Counted from the whole stretch's first letter, positions 50,081 to 63,123 are shown. The stretch is 63,123 nucleotides of DNA, filler included, from Cercozoa sp. M6MM (GCA_040357565.1; 6 parts of 6 records of this genome joined end to end with filler, not necessarily neighbours in it); one strand, 5' to 3'. Program-made: numbers and translations. The notes: generated by a model not told the origin, from the letters alone.

Positions 50081-50716
50081 ATGAGCGTACAGTGGCGTAC
50101 GTTCAACTTCTTTCAGAAGCGCCTGTTGGCATCGCGGCACTCCGGCTCGCCTGAGGTACCTGATGGGACGGTTAGGGTGACTCAGACGGTGTGGGACGAC
50201 TGTATCGGTGTACAGGACAAGGAGAATGACGAGCCAGCGACGGCGTCGTCGGTTCTGTTCGCTGGCGAGGTGTGTCACTATGGGCTGGGGAAGGGGAGGG
50301 GGTATGTTGATGTCTCTGTGTACAGTTCAACCCGCGCGTCGCAGCCGCAGGACAGGTGAACGCAGCCTTAATTAAACACTCCCTTAACTGTCTCAGTACA
50401 GGTCTGGACTATGTACAGGGCGAGTTGCTCTTTGCCGACGCAGCCAGTGGCACCGTGCGCCTCCTGAGGGACAGGTGTGCTCGCTTTCCCGGGGGGTAGG
50501 GGGTTAAGGGAGAGGGTTAAGGGGTAGGGGTTCAGGAAAAGGGTTAAGGGGGAGGGTTAAGAGGGGTTAAGGGGGTAATATACGGCGTGAGTGCAGCGAG
50601 GTGCTCGAGTGGCAGATGCACACGCAGTACGTTCTGCACGTGCGCCGACTGCAGGCGTCGCCCTTCGCTGTCTCGGTACAACAGGGCGGTAAAGGGCATG
50701 GGGGGGGGGGGGGGGG
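50081..50716 (+). CDS. VPS11: Vacuolar protein sorting 11 N-terminus, 3'-partial
   Basis: MSVQWRTFNFFQ resembles the Vps11 N-terminal QWRxFxFF motif; beta-propeller-like GELLFADAASGTVRLL. Confidence 0.6.
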
Positions 50717-50924
50717 NNNNNNNNNNNNNNNNNNNNNNNNNNNNNNNNNNNNNNNNNNNNTTAATTAATTAANNNNNNNNNNNNNNNNNNNNNNNNNNNN
50801 NNNNNNNNNNNNNNNNACACACCCACACACACACACACACCCACACACACACACACACACACATAGATATCTTTTTTTTTTTTAAATATAGATGTACAGT
50901 ATGTGTATGGACATAGGGAGCCGT

Positions 50925-51456
50925 ACCTGCACCGTGATGGCCGAGTACAGCAAAATCGGCGGCAAGAGTACGTACAAAATCACCTGGTCAAATTAAACAA
51001 GCGCCTTCCAATATATATACTGAACTCATGCAAATACAGACAGATGTAACTTTACATGAGGATGCGCGTGCTGCGCAGAACGAAAAGCGTCTCGCAAGAC
51101 ACCGTTTCCCAATGCCGCTGTCTCGGCCAGCACCGAAAACTGCAACTCACAACGTCTTTTCGAAAATTTAGGCAGACATCACCATGAGAAACTCACCGAA
51201 CTCCCGAAAAAGAATAGAGCAACTGTGTAGGGAAGTTTCTTCGTCACCGGCCAGGTGTTATGCAGCCTGCATCAGCCACGGGTCTATACATGTTTAGGCA
51301 CATACACCCGTGTAGTGGTACCATTGGAGTGACGAAGCCAAAATAAGGCCAAGTACGACAAAAACGCACACCTGCCCACAGATCGATCATCCGCGCAAGA
51401 TGACACAGATTTAAATTGGGTCCCACCTCGTCGACCTCTGATTGATGTTCAGGCAT
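50925..51456 (-). CDS. Na+/H+ antiporter (NhaP/SOS1-like) N-terminus, 3'-partial
   Basis: KKLPYTVALFFFG and VILYVLLPPILLYSA motifs. Confidence 0.6.
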
Positions 51457-51663
51457 CGAAACTGCTAATAACCAAACTACAGCACACGTCTGATCTTGTT
51501 TACAACTTAAATTATACAGTTATACATCTATTTTGTGTCATTTTTGGAATGCAAATCGCGTCAACTAATTCAGTTACTGATTTCTTCATGTTTACCTCTT
51601 GCGCTGATAGTAAATTAGACAGAAATGCACCAAACTACTGGTGTTAATTAAAACCGACGCTTG

Positions 51664-52758
51664 TTATTTTCCTTCGTCTACAGGATGAGGTTTTACCATT
51701 GCCTGCACGAGACTGTTGTCTTGAATGCGACGCTCACCCGCACAGTCCTTTTGTTCAGCGTTAAATTGTCCCGATTCTGTGTCCAGAAAGATCAAAATGT
51801 TCTGTACCTCATCCTTCAGTTGCTGTCCAAAGTACACAAGCGTCACCTGCTCGGGATGAATGCCCAGTTCGGACGCAACCTTTTCTCGCAGCGCACCGAG
51901 CTGCTCGTGAGCGCCGCTCAGTGGTACCGTAATATCCCCTGCAGCGTCATTTTGCAGTATTAAAGGCGGATAACAATGTCAGTTGAACTAACGCGTTTTA
52001 CCTCCAGTCGACGGCCGCACGCGTACTTTAATCGGAGGTCCCTAAAGGTTCAGTTTGTGACTTGAGAAGCATCTCAAAAGAGTGCAATCATGAGGCAACA
52101 GGTACCATTGGACCAGTTTGAGCGATTTGTGCTGGCCGAACGTTCTCCTCGACAAGGTTCTCCTGGAGACTACGAGGTTCGTGGACCAGAAAACATGGCA
52201 CTGCAACCGCAAGCATCACTCAACAAACGTAAAATAGGCGAGCAGTGAATTTTGGTTAAGTTGGGGTGTCACCCTCAAACACATTGCCTCTGTCGTCCAT
52301 GGTACGGTAAGTGTCTTGCCTCACCAGTTCCCATGGTGTAAGGCCTGCTGCGGTCAGAATCGAGTTTCCCTACCAGTGCAACCAGTGCATGAGTGAAGCA
52401 AGCTTAAACACGAGCTACTGCATGAAGATTTACAGTGGGGATATCAATGGCTTCGGCAGCCAGTTTGATCGCAGCCCATGCCTTTAGACACAGGAAGATA
52501 CATCCTAGCAGTTATTGAACTGAAGGTAGTCTTACCTCAGCATGGCCGATTCTTGACTCCCAGAACTCTGACCTCCGTCTGTGCAGACCGTTTCGTGTGA
52601 TGGGAGGAAAGTCCTGCGCTAGTAAACATCCCATTCAGTTCTTTAAAAAAGATGAAGTGCAACACCCTATCCCACTCCTGAATGGCGTATCTCGCTGGTC
52701 CCTGCTGCCGTCTTGTAAGAGGCTCTTCACGTACCGTAGTACTGGCACAACAGCCCAT
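51664..52758 (-). CDS. UBTD: Ubiquitin domain-containing protein (UBTD1/2, DC-UbP family)
   Basis: MGCC acylation motif; LHRRRSEFWESR..E-AWAAIKLAAEA; ILTAAGLT; C-terminal Ubl LGALREKVASELGIHPEQVTLVYFGQQLKD. Confidence 0.8.
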
Positions 52759-53153
52759 TTATTCCACCGACTCACCTGACAAGCACCGCGTCGAAACTCG
52801 AGCCTCCCACTCGCGAAAACTGCTTCCCTCTAAGGGATTTTCTTCACCTTTGGAAGGTTAAGAGAAGGCGAGATAGTGCACTAGCGTTTACCATATTCGG
52901 CGTTTCCCAAAGCTTTGCCTTCGATATAATTTTGCAGCATCCGCGCGGATTGCTGGGTGTCAAAAACAACTTTGTTTTTCTTCTGTCTGTCCGTCTGCCG
53001 TGCAAGAACTGGCAAGTCATACTCTTTTCGATTGGACTGTAAGTGCACGTCAGAAGCCTGTGACTGTCTGACGAACGACTCTACAGCGCTAGGACGCGAG
53101 TGTGCTTTTCCTCATTCAGTTGCAGCAATCCAAGAGATTTTGCTTCCAGCAAA

Positions 53154-54630
53154 ATGAGTGAGTTGACTCGTTTTGATAAAAAAAGAATCTGGGTGCGCGT
53201 TGGTGCACGAGTCCGAACAAGGTGCTTCCTCTTCTGCATAGTCACTATCCGTTGTTTTAGTACCCCTACCATCGCCAGCTTTAACGCGCGAATTCTGAGA
53301 GAACTGCTGCACGGTAATTCGTATCAATGTCTTTCAAACTGTGCTAATTTATTTTACTGCAACTCTGTAACGTAAGTCAACCTTTTTTCAGAGGCAGACA
53401 TTTCGCCAATAAAGGTGCTACTCTCGCGCGAAGATGCGGCAGCGGGACACTTCTGGATCACATTTAGGTAGCGCACACCAGCTAAATATTCAGATCGATT
53501 GACGATTAGTACAATTTTAACCGCTGGCAGCTCGGAATTGGATGCGGAGATGGCGCTCTCCTGTTTGCGCAAGCACACAAGCAATGGTAGCGATTATAGT
53601 GCATCTTTAGAACATGCATGTCCTCGACGTTTTAGCAGTGCGCGAGGATGTTGTCGTGGACTTTGCGAGAGCTCGTCCCATCCGTCGTGCTTCGCAAAGT
53701 TCCGTGTCCAAGACCAAGAGCAAAGCTCCTCTCGATCTAAAAAGTCGTCTGACTCAAGATGAGCTCTCAAAGACGCTGGTTATCAAAAATCTTCCGACAC
53801 TCGACGATGCTGAGTTTCGAGGCATCTTTCTTCCCTTTGGCATGCAAAAGAGCGTGCTTGACCGCGACCGAGGCGTTGGTTTTGTCGAGTTTATCGACGC
53901 TGAGCAAGCCAAAGAGGCAAAAGTGTGTCTTCACGATCGAACCGTAACCCCCTCTCCCAGATAAAAGTGCATGGAGATCGTTAGTTTGCGACTGAGTTTG
54001 AAGTTTGATGGATCGACTTAGGTGCGCTACCAAAAGATCCAAGTGGAGTTTGCTGCGTCAATCAAGCAACAAGGTATATCCTGTATACGTATTAACAGGG
54101 GGTTATCTTGAGAGCTTTGTCGGACAGTGGCGACATCTGGCCAAAGTCAGCCCGAAACTGTGCCAGTTGATCGCTTGTATCTGTTGCTGCCGTCCAGTTG
54201 CAACACAGCAGCAAAACTTCGTAAGTTTCTGAAGGACTGCAGAATCCACCCAACGAAGGTGGAGTACATGCGGCGACGATCTGGTTCACCATGTAAAACT
54301 GCTACTTTCTTCAGTTCACTTGTGTTAAACAGCAACCGTCATTGAACTTTTCTGTCGTTGGCAGTTTGCTTCATTGCATTCGATGATCCCGGAGCTGCAC
54401 GCAACGCTCTGAACGTTCTCACGGGGTGCCAGTATGGTAACATGGAACTACGACCTGAGTACGCTAAATCGGTGAAGGTGCACGCAAACGGCTCAACAGC
54501 ATCCAATGGCAAAAGAAAGTCGCGGCGCCGGCGCAAGGCGGTTGGTACGAGCATCGGTGAACAGTCCCAGTCCGCTGTTGACCGTGATGCCGTCGTTGAT
54601 GCGAGTAAAAACGCATCTGTCGAAGTGTAA
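53154..54630 (+). CDS. Multi-RRM RNA-binding protein
   Basis: TLVIKNLP...RGVGFVEF; RLYLLLP...VCFIAFDDPGAARNALNVL; TAA 54628-54630. Confidence 0.8.
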
Positions 54631-55029
54631 TCTCGAACTCGTGTAGACCCGACGCGATGCCGCCAACTCTACTACATTTTTAAAACTGAATGTCGGAGCT
54701 ACGGGTCTTCAGTCCCTGTAGCGGAGTACGTTCTAAACTCTAGGCGAACAGCTTTCTACAGATATCAATGGCACCGAGACTGTTTTGCGCGTCCTATGTA
54801 ATCGCTCCATTGCAGCGGGCGAAGCGACTGATCGAGTTCTATGAGAAACGAGTCGGAATGCGTGTATGAAACCCTTAAGTTTGTTGAACCAGTGTGCATG
54901 TGAATGTTGCCACTCCCTTTTTCCATGTGGGAGGTGTGAGCAGCTCTTGGTGACTCACACGAACGAAGAGCATACGTGGCGATGCTTCTACGTAAACTGT
55001 TTCAGTTTTTTTTTGTCAGTTGCCCCTAT

Positions 55030-56705
55030 TTGAGGTTTTACAATGCAACTCCGTCGCAGCTCGGGTACACAGACGCAGTGACAGCCGCCTCGATACGCTC
55101 ATTCAGCGATTTGCTGAGCAACACCTCTGCTACGTTACTTGAAGTACTGTGCATCAAACTCTAGCAGTTTCTTTACTGTTCAGCTGAATCGATTTTTCTC
55201 TGCATTGATTTTAGTTTCGTGTTCCACTGGGAGGCAACCGGATCGAGACTACGCGTGAGGATGCGCGTGAAGATGCATATTGGAAAATTGGTGTCGGCAT
55301 GGAAAGCATCGATTTTGGTCGACAGTTGATAGTAAGGAAAGTTATATATTTGCACCTGCAACAATTTTGGAACCAACTACAGTACATGCTGTGCTCCTAG
55401 ATGAACGGATCTCCCGAGGACGGCTTCGGCACAGTGTATAATTGCTTCACCTGCGGCAGTGTCGTGTCAACACGTGGGGAAGGCTCCTTGACTTGGGTGT
55501 TTCCTTCTCAGACCAGTGTCACTCCCCAGCCAGTTTCAAGACATCGGATACTTGTGTCACACTGTACGAATATCTATTTGTCAAGCTGCTCGACTAGCTG
55601 TTTGGCAACAATGCTAGCGCAGCTTCAATGTTATTGAATATTGTACCTGCAGAGTGACCCTAGTGGCCTATCGATCGAGCTGCTGCAGCACACGTTCGGT
55701 CGTCAAACCGAACTGACGGACACGTCGCACGCACACTGGCACCTGGGACAAGTCACAATTCGAACGAGTGATCGCGAGAAGTCCCTGCAAGTCTGGAAGG
55801 CGGCCAGAATGCGACATGGTAGAATGACCCATTCCTTTCTCTCACACACAATTAAGGTCCGCTGCAAGCTTAGTGGCCACAATGGACGTTCCACAGCCGT
55901 CGCGAGGATTCACACTGGATTTCGTTGCATTCGGTAGATTCGAACTGGTTTTGTTTAAAAGCTAAGTGGTCCCTAATCTGACCCTACCAGTGGAGGAGAC
56001 GCCTGAGTCATCGCACGCAAGTGAGTCAGAGTCGTCTTCAGCTGATATGGGAATCGGGTACAGTCGTATTGTTGCCGTGGGTGCTAAGTCTAGGGTGTGT
56101 CTAGCGTTTTCTTTCTTGGCACAGGTCGGTGGCGCGTCGTCTCTGGCTGTGGCGGCAACCCTTCACGCAGATCGAGTGATTTTGACATCCGCCTGCCACT
56201 GTATCGATCCTGTATTGTTGTTCATTGGCTCTATACAGATTGCAAGAACGCTGGACGAGTGAGCACGAGCCTCGCTTCACCTACTACTATACAGGTACTT
56301 GGCATACTAGCAGCCTGTCGTAAGCATTGTGTCATATATTTAGTTGAATATACATATAGGTGAACGGCGCATCGCCAATGGAGCCGAATGGTGCGGACTG
56401 ACACTGTACACTAGCCTCTCAGTGACTCAGTCTGTGCCTGTCCTCCCTCTTCGAGCGTTATTCTCCGCCATGCAGCATCGTAGCCGACGCAAAAGAAACT
56501 GCCGCGAATATCCGTGCCGTCACGGGCGATTCTTTTGGTGTTTTTTGGTCGAGCAAACGTATCCTACGAACTTCCCTGCTGGACACCCTTTGTCGCTCTT
56601 TATGCAGAGGAGGAGAGCGACATGGCTGGAGTGTTTGCCGTCACGGTCAAAGATGCCGACGGCTACCACGTGCGTCTTCTCCAGGCGGCCGGGTGCCGTG
56701 ACTGA
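55030..56705 (+). CDS. Hypothetical multi-exon protein, possibly extracellular
   Basis: Series of exon-like segments with Cys/Trp motifs (YNCFTC; HWHLGQVTI; EWCGL; PCWTPF); boundaries uncertain. Confidence 0.3.
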
Positions 56706-56923
56706 CCGAGGAAAATTATACGTAAAAGTTACACGTAAACGGCCAATTAAAGCTCTTGTATCTTATGCAATAAACTGCCAACACAACAGAGCACGCTGCG
56801 GCATATCTATCTAACGCAGTTTGGTCGTTTTCTGATCGGATTGTGACAAATAAAGTACATTGCGAAAAACGCTCTTTCATACGACGATGCTCGATTCAAT
56901 GTGACCAGTCGCTAGTGTCGGTC

Positions 56924-58190
56924 CTACACCGAGAGTTGCTGCAGGCGTTGCTGCAGCATGTGCTCGCGTCGTCTGCACACAACACACCAGTCAGTCAAAT
57001 GAGTGAGTGAGTGAGTGAGTGAGTGAGTGGAGAGAGTGAGAGTGGAGTGAGTGAGTCGGTCAGAGTAGAGGCAAGCCTACTGCTTGCGTTCCAAGAAGCG
57101 ACTCTGCGCGCGTGCTGCATCTTGCGCCAGCACTGCGAACACACAAGCTTACGGGAGGCGGGGGGGGGGGTAAAGGGAAAAGGCACCCTCGAGGCGCTGT
57201 AGTTTCTCAGCTCCGATCTGTGCGCGCCAAGCGTTGTACTTGTCGCCGCTGTGCTGCGCCAGTGCTGCTTCCAAGGGGGTAAGAGAGGGTAAACGGGGTG
57301 GGCGGGGGGTTAAAACCTGCTACCAGCAAAGGAGCCACTGCAGTACAGAATCAGGTCCGAGTCGCGGAACGGCGCGTACTCCTGTCACACACAAGAAAAG
57401 AGTAAAAGGGCAGGGGGGGGGGGGGGAGAGAAGTCTACCGTGACGTAGTCGTTCTCGTCCATGAGCGCACCGCCATCGCCGTCGCCAGCAAGTCCACTGC
57501 ACAAGGGGGTAAAGGGGAGGAGGGGGAGTAAGAAGAGGGCAAGAAACCTCCGCGCGACCGACTGCCAGTCGTCGTCGGTGCCGTCGAAATCTTCGTTGTG
57601 CGGCACGTCGAACAAATCGCCGTCCAGCAGCGGCGCCAGCGAGCATGGTGCGCCGCCTGCACATATTCATACCCTCTTCACACCCACATTATACCTCCAT
57701 GATACCCATCTTTACCCCCAGCATACCCCCCTCTATACCCCTTACACGCCTACCAGTAAGTGCGGCATCCAAAGCCTCGTTCATCGCTTCGTCGCCACCA
57801 TGTGACGGCACGCCTTCCTGCTCCTCCTCGTCGACATCCGTTGCGTCTGCGCACAGTTATGCCCCCCTGCTACTCCAGCTTACCCTAGCCCCTAACCCCA
57901 TGTGAAAGTACCAAAGTCGGGTGAATCGCCGCCGATCTCCAAAACAACGTTGGCCAGCAGTGCCGCCAGTGCCGGCACGTGCGACTGCACCGACGGCGGC
58001 AGCTGCGCCGGCGGCACTCGCAGCAAGGCCGCCTACAGGGGGGGGGGGGGGGGGGGGGATGGGTAAGAGGTAAGGGTAGGGGAGGCAGGCTGCAACACCA
58101 GTCCATGACACGCCGTAGAACGCGCCTGCCACGGCATGTGCGGCAGGTGCCACAGCCATGCCGACAGACACGTCGCCGTCCACTGGAACT
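56924..58190 (-). CDS. C-terminus of a helical protein with acidic loop (importin-beta family-like), 5'-partial
   Basis: WLWHLP; ALLRVPPAQLP; acidic DEEEQE and DDDWQ stretches; C-rich introns; family call is weak. Confidence 0.4.
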
Positions 58191-58374
58191 GCTCTACTCG
58201 GGGGGGGGGGGTACAAAGGAAGGTAAGGGTAGGATCAAGTAAGAGTTGTGTGTGTGTATGTGGGGGGGGGGGGTNNNNNNNNNNNNNNNNNNNNNNNNNN
58301 NNNNNNNNNNNNNNNNNNTTAATTAATTAANNNNNNNNNNNNNNNNNNNNNNNNNNNNNNNNNNNNNNNNNNNN

Positions 58375-58422
<48 letters not shown>

Positions 58423-58423
<1 letters not shown>

Positions 58424-59447
58424 AAGGCGTTGTGACCGCTGAGGAGACTCGCGCTGACGACTTGCGCAACGCCATCATCACCCCGATGTACCCCTTGGGT
58501 TTTCAGTGTGCCGCCCTGGTTGTCTGTGTCTGTGCAATGTAATCTTGTCTTAGTGCTGGCACGTTCGAAGAGGACGTCAAGCAAATCCGCATCAACGTTG
58601 ACGCCTACAAGTGCCTCTTGTTTTACTTTGCTACTGGTACATACATAAGTCGCGTGTCTCCAGGCTCGCCAAGAAGGACTACGACTTTCGCACCACGCAG
58701 TACAAGAAGTCGCAGGTACTTCGGGGTGTATGATACACGTGTGTGTGTGTGTATGTGTGTGTGTGGTGTGTGTGTGTGGTGTGTGTGTGTACGTGTGTGT
58801 GCACAGACCCAGGACGCAGGCAAGCAGGCGGCGGCCCAGTCCAAGCTTGAAGAAGCCAAGCGCAAATATGACGTATGCATCTCTTGTGTCCGTGTCGTTC
58901 GGTGTATCTTGTGTGTGCTTTCCTTTGCAGGCTCTGAAGGAGGCCATTTCCGACGCTGTTGTGACGCTCGAGGTGCATCAATTTTGTGCCTATGTACTTG
59001 TACACCAGATAAAAGCGTTTGTGTAGGCCAAGAAAGAGTCGGACCTGGTCGTTCACCTCAACAACTTTGCGTCGTAAGGCTCTTGCACACATCAGCGACT
59101 CCGACTGGTTTTGCTTTACCACAGCCTGCCTCTGTGACTTACAGCTATCAGGGCCAGACGTCGTTGCACATGTCGAACGCGCCAAAGCTCACGCTCGCGG
59201 CGTAAGCAGACTCTCGCGTGTCTCTATGTGTCCACCACTGTTCATGCTGCTTGTGCAGCGGTGTGTCGTCGATGCCACCTCCCGCGCCGAGCAACGCAAG
59301 CGCCGCTGCGATGATGCCAATGTCTTCTAACGTGCCTGCCGACCTCCAGCAAGGTACATACGGTATTCCCGCTTTGATCAGATAAAACATACGATTTCGT
59401 CTCTGCTGTTAGCCCCGTACCAGCCGCCGCCGCCCGCGAGCTACTAA
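58423..59447 (+). CDS. BAR-domain-like protein, 5'-partial
   Basis: IITP..TFEEDVKQIR..LAKKDYDFRTTQYKK..SKLEEAKRKYDALKEAISDAVVTLE; Pro-rich end PYQPPPPASY*. Confidence 0.6.
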
Positions 59448-60413
59448 TTGCGAATTCGGACCGTGAGTTTACTAGTTTTCGACGGTCTAGTAGTTGCTTG
59501 TCATCGCACTCGGATACGGACCACCTATTTTGATATACGGTACGCCCGGCAGATGACGACAACTAATGACGCACGCACGCGAAGCTCGTCGAACACGCTG
59601 TCGTGGAATCCCGAGCGCGCTCGACGGTGCTTGGACTCGACTTCGACTGGGCGATCTGATGCTCGGCCTCTTCCGTGACTACACGGCGCGCACGATCGAT
59701 CGTTGGCGATGTTGTTGACGTACTTGAAAGTGCCGTACTGCTTCACAAATCCAGCAAACACAAGCCGCCACAAGTAACGGCATATCCCAAGTTAACCACG
59801 GAACAAGGGCCGCCGTGTAAGCATCGTCCTCCAAACCACTGCCCACTCCGAGCGCCGACATCGAACTCCTGCATGTGCGCGCGGTCAGCTTCGCCGTCGT
59901 CCGGGCGACGACCTCGTTCTGCAACGTCATGAACAAACGTAGACTAACGAAAAACACCCCTCGAATAGAAACACGTGCGAGCTATACCAGCTTTTCCGCG
60001 TCAAGCTTGTCCTGTGAGACAGCATCGCCACATGCAGCTTGTGAAGCGCGCGCCCAAGCAGACCTGCAGCCTGCAGCAAAGCATTTATCCAAAACAGTTC
60101 AGTCACAACATTGAGTAGCGTTAATTACTGGTTCTTCTGTTTCATCTGTCGTCGTCGTATTGACGTCAAATTGATATCAACGCAACGGGCTCACACAAGG
60201 CGTTTGACATCGACACATACTTAGTCGAGTAGTTACGTAATTAAGTAAAAAACACTGGAACAGAAGGTGGTACGGCTCAGTCGCAGGTACGCGTGCGGGG
60301 TAGCCGAGAGCGAATCGATCGGCGTCAAAGCTGCGCGTACCTTGGAGAGCGTCAAGCTGCGCGAACACAAGCACGACCCTTTTTGTTGCCAATGGTGATG
60401 CGATCGGACTGCC

Positions 60414-60731
60414 TTAGGCCGGCTGACGCTTGCAAGACTTGGCCACGGTCTTGAGCAGACTGTTGAGGCGCGGTGACGATGTCACAAAGTCGTGCGACCA
60501 GAAGTCGTAACGCTGGTTTTTGATGAGCTCGATGAAGGTGATGAGCAGGCCCCACGGGTGCGGACGCTGCACCACGAGTCGCTCCAGCAGCACGCGCGTC
60601 AGCTGCTCGCGCAGCACCTGCTTGGGCGACGTGTGGAACAGCCACAGCGCCAAGCACGAGAAGAAGTGCGTGTGCGAGTTCGGGAAGCGTAGCTGGTTGG
60701 CGATTGCGTTGAACAGGTAGTAACGACCCTC
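60414..60731 (-). CDS. CNOT1: CCR4-NOT subunit 1, last exon
   Basis: [25 protein letters not shown]; [31 protein letters not shown]. Confidence 0.96.
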   Translation of the reverse strand, partial: EGRYYLFNAIANQLRFPNSHTHFFSCLALWLFHTSPKQVLREQLTRVLLERLVVQRPHPWGLLITFIELIKNQRYDFWSHDFVTSSPRLNSLLKTVAKSCKRQPA

Positions 60732-60980
60732 CTGTACAATACACACTATAATCACACACCCACACCCACACCCACACCCACACCCACACCCACACCCACA
60801 CNNNNNNNNNNNNNNNNNNNNNNNNNNNNNNNNNNNNNNNNNNNNTTAATTAATTAANNNNNNNNNNNNNNNNNNNNNNNNNNNNNNNNNNNNNNNNNNN
60901 NTTCTTACCCCCTTGTTTACCCCCTGTTTACCCCCTTCTTACCCCCTTCCCTGTACCCCCTTTGCCCCCTAATCCCCCAG

Positions 60981-62007
60981 GTCGGCCGGCGCTGGCGGAG
61001 GCGTTGCTGGAGCACGAGTTCCGCGCGGCCGACCAGGTGCGCGGCCTGCTGGACATGTCGCGACATGAGCTCGCTCTGGACAAGGCGCTGCTGGCTCAGG
61101 TGGGTTTGTAGCCACCCCTGTGTGTAGCCACCCCTATGTCTTGTCCTGTCCCGTCCATATGGACCGTTCTGTCCTGGCCGTGTAGGACATGTCCCTCGTT
61201 GCCGCCTGTCTCAAGAGCATTCCTGCCGAGCGATTTGTATGTACTCTCTCTGGGGGGGGGGGGTAAAGGGGGTAAGGGGTAGGGGGTAGGGGATGGTAGG
61301 GAGGTAGGGGTAGGGAGGTAGGGGTAGGAAGGTAGGGGGGTAAAGAGGGGGTAAAACCCTGCTGCTGCGCAGTTCGCGACGCTGAGGACGCGGCCGGTGG
61401 CGGCGGCGCAGTTCGTCAAGCACGGCGAGTACGCCGAGTTTTACCCCCCTCTTTACCCCCCTACCTTCCTACCCCTACCCCTTACCCCCTACCTTCCTAC
61501 CCCCTACCCCCTACCCCCTACCTTCCTACCCCCTACCCCCTACCCCCTACCCCCTAACTTCCTACCCCCTACCCCCTACCCCCTACCTTCCTACCCCTTA
61601 CCCTACCCCCATACCCCCTACCCCCCTCCCCGTAGTATCCTGGCGCCGCCGGGACTCAGTTCGGCCGTGAGTCGAGATGTGAGTGGCCCCTTAAATTAAA
61701 GAGCACTCGCACCCTTAACAAAAAGTGTACCGGGTGGGGTCCATTTGGACAGAACGAGGACGACGCCGTGCTGCAGTTTTTGTACGAGCAGGACGATCCG
61801 AGTGTCGTGGCGCACTACCTCGTCAAGCTCTTGGTTTTACCCCCCCCCCCTGCCCCCTCCCTCCCTCCCTCCCTTCCGCTACCTCCCTTTACCCCTTTAC
61901 CCCCCCCCAGGACCCGGAGGACACGACGATGCTGCGGCGCATCCAGGTCGCCTTTGCCGAGGGGGGTAAAACCAAGAGCTTGACGAGGTAGTGCGCCACG
62001 ACACTCG
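60981..62007 (+). CDS. VPS16: Vacuolar protein sorting 16, internal fragment
   Basis: RPALAEALLEHEFRAADQVRGLLDM..ALDKALLAQDMSLV; RTRPVAAAQF; LQFLYEQDD. Confidence 0.75.
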
Positions 62008-62017
62008 NNNNNNNNNN

Positions 62018-63123
62018 TTCTTACCCCCTTGTTTACCCCCTGTTTACCCCCTTCTTACCCCCTTCCCTGTACCCCCTTTGCCCCCTAATCCCCCAGGTCG
62101 GCCGGCGCTGGCGGAGGCGTTGCTGGAGCACGAGTTCCGCGCGGCCGACCAGGTGCGCGGCCTGCTGGACATGTCGCGACATGAGCTCGCTCTGGACAAG
62201 GCGCTGCTGGCTCAGGTGGGTTTGTAGCCACCCCTGTGTGTAGCCACCCCTATGTCTTGTCCTGTCCCGTCCATATGGACCGTTCTGTCCTGGCCGTGTA
62301 GGACATGTCCCTCGTTGCCGCCTGTCTCAAGAGCATTCCTGCCGAGCGATTTGTATGTACTCTCTCTGGGGGGGGGGGGTAAAGGGGGTAAGGGGTAGGG
62401 GGTAGGGGATGGTAGGGAGGTAGGGGTAGGGAGGTAGGGGTAGGAAGGTAGGGGGGTAAAGAGGGGGTAAAACCCTGCTGCTGCGCAGTTCGCGACGCTG
62501 AGGACGCGGCCGGTGGCGGCGGCGCAGTTCGTCAAGCACGGCGAGTACGCCGAGTTTTACCCCCCTCTTTACCCCCCTACCTTCCTACCCCTACCCCTTA
62601 CCCCCTACCTTCCTACCCCCTACCCCCTACCCCCTACCTTCCTACCCCCTACCCCCTACCCCCTACCCCCTAACTTCCTACCCCCTACCCCCTACCCCCT
62701 ACCTTCCTACCCCTTACCCTACCCCCATACCCCCTACCCCCCTCCCCGTAGTATCCTGGCGCCGCCGGGACTCAGTTCGGCCGTGAGTCGAGATGTGAGT
62801 GGCCCCTTAAATTAAAGAGCACTCGCACCCTTAACAAAAAGTGTACCGGGTGGGGTCCATTTGGACAGAACGAGGACGACGCCGTGCTGCAGTTTTTGTA
62901 CGAGCAGGACGATCCGAGTGTCGTGGCGCACTACCTCGTCAAGCTCTTGGTTTTACCCCCCCCCCCTGCCCCCTCCCTCCCTCCCTCCCTTCCGCTACCT
63001 CCCTTTACCCCTTTACCCCCCCCCAGGACCCGGAGGACACGACGATGCTGCGGCGCATCCAGGTCGCCTTTGCCGAGGGGGGTAAAACCAAGAGCTTGAC
63101 GAGGTAGTGCGCCACGACACTCG
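62018..63123 (+). repeat. Apparently identical direct duplicate of 60902-62007 (VPS16 fragment) across a 10-N gap
   Basis: Identical sequence and identical ORF set offset by 1116 bp. Confidence 0.95.

Noticed and set aside
59525-60110. Minus-strand gene between the BAR gene and CNOT1
   Set aside because: Exon-like composition, but no consistent model or homology could be established
60902-63123. Tandem VPS16 duplication
   Set aside because: Copies look identical including low-complexity introns and are separated by a 10-N gap; likely scaffolding artefact
1-63123. Alternative genetic code or non-canonical introns
   Set aside because: Conserved genes checked (NOP58, aroC, ENPP, MPP-beta, TRAX) splice GT-AG with no in-frame stops, and all three stop codons terminate genes
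1-63123. tRNA, rRNA or spliceosomal snRNA genes
   Set aside because: No hallmark motifs found by eye; the U6-like 8-9-mers at 39592-39692 are in the wrong order to be U6 or U4 itself

Overview
Eukaryotic, not prokaryotic, DNA: a gene-dense, intron-rich protist-like nuclear draft assembly. It consists of six separate contigs/scaffolds concatenated with artificial N-TTAATTAATTAA-N spacers (1-17597, 17698-41084, 41184-50716, 50817-58274, 58375-60801, 60902-63123). Genes are split by many short GT-AG introns often filled with microsatellites or C-rich (TTTACCCCC-type) repeats; the standard genetic code is used (TAA, TAG and TGA all seen as stops). Recognisable genes: NOP58, C9orf85/DUF2039, ecdysoneless (ECD/SGT1), ERGIC3/Erv46, chorismate synthase, TRAX, an SCP-type CTD phosphatase, TAF7, an ENPP phosphodiesterase, MPP-beta, VIT1/CCC1, VPS11, an NhaP/SOS1-type antiporter, UBTD, RRM proteins, a BAR protein, CNOT1 and VPS16. 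The most notable non-obvious signals are: (i) a complete C-D'-C'-D box guide RNA inside a long fold-back stem in an MPP-beta intron, with three segments complementary to the U6 snRNA consensus; (ii) two apparent paralogues of a presequence + single TM + 11-residue coiled-coil family, one expanded into a 33-bp tandem array; (iii) a 53-aa, 3-exon, 8-Cys zinc-finger microprotein; (iv) a ~230-nt structured intergenic element. All exon structures were read by eye, so gene spans are approximate.
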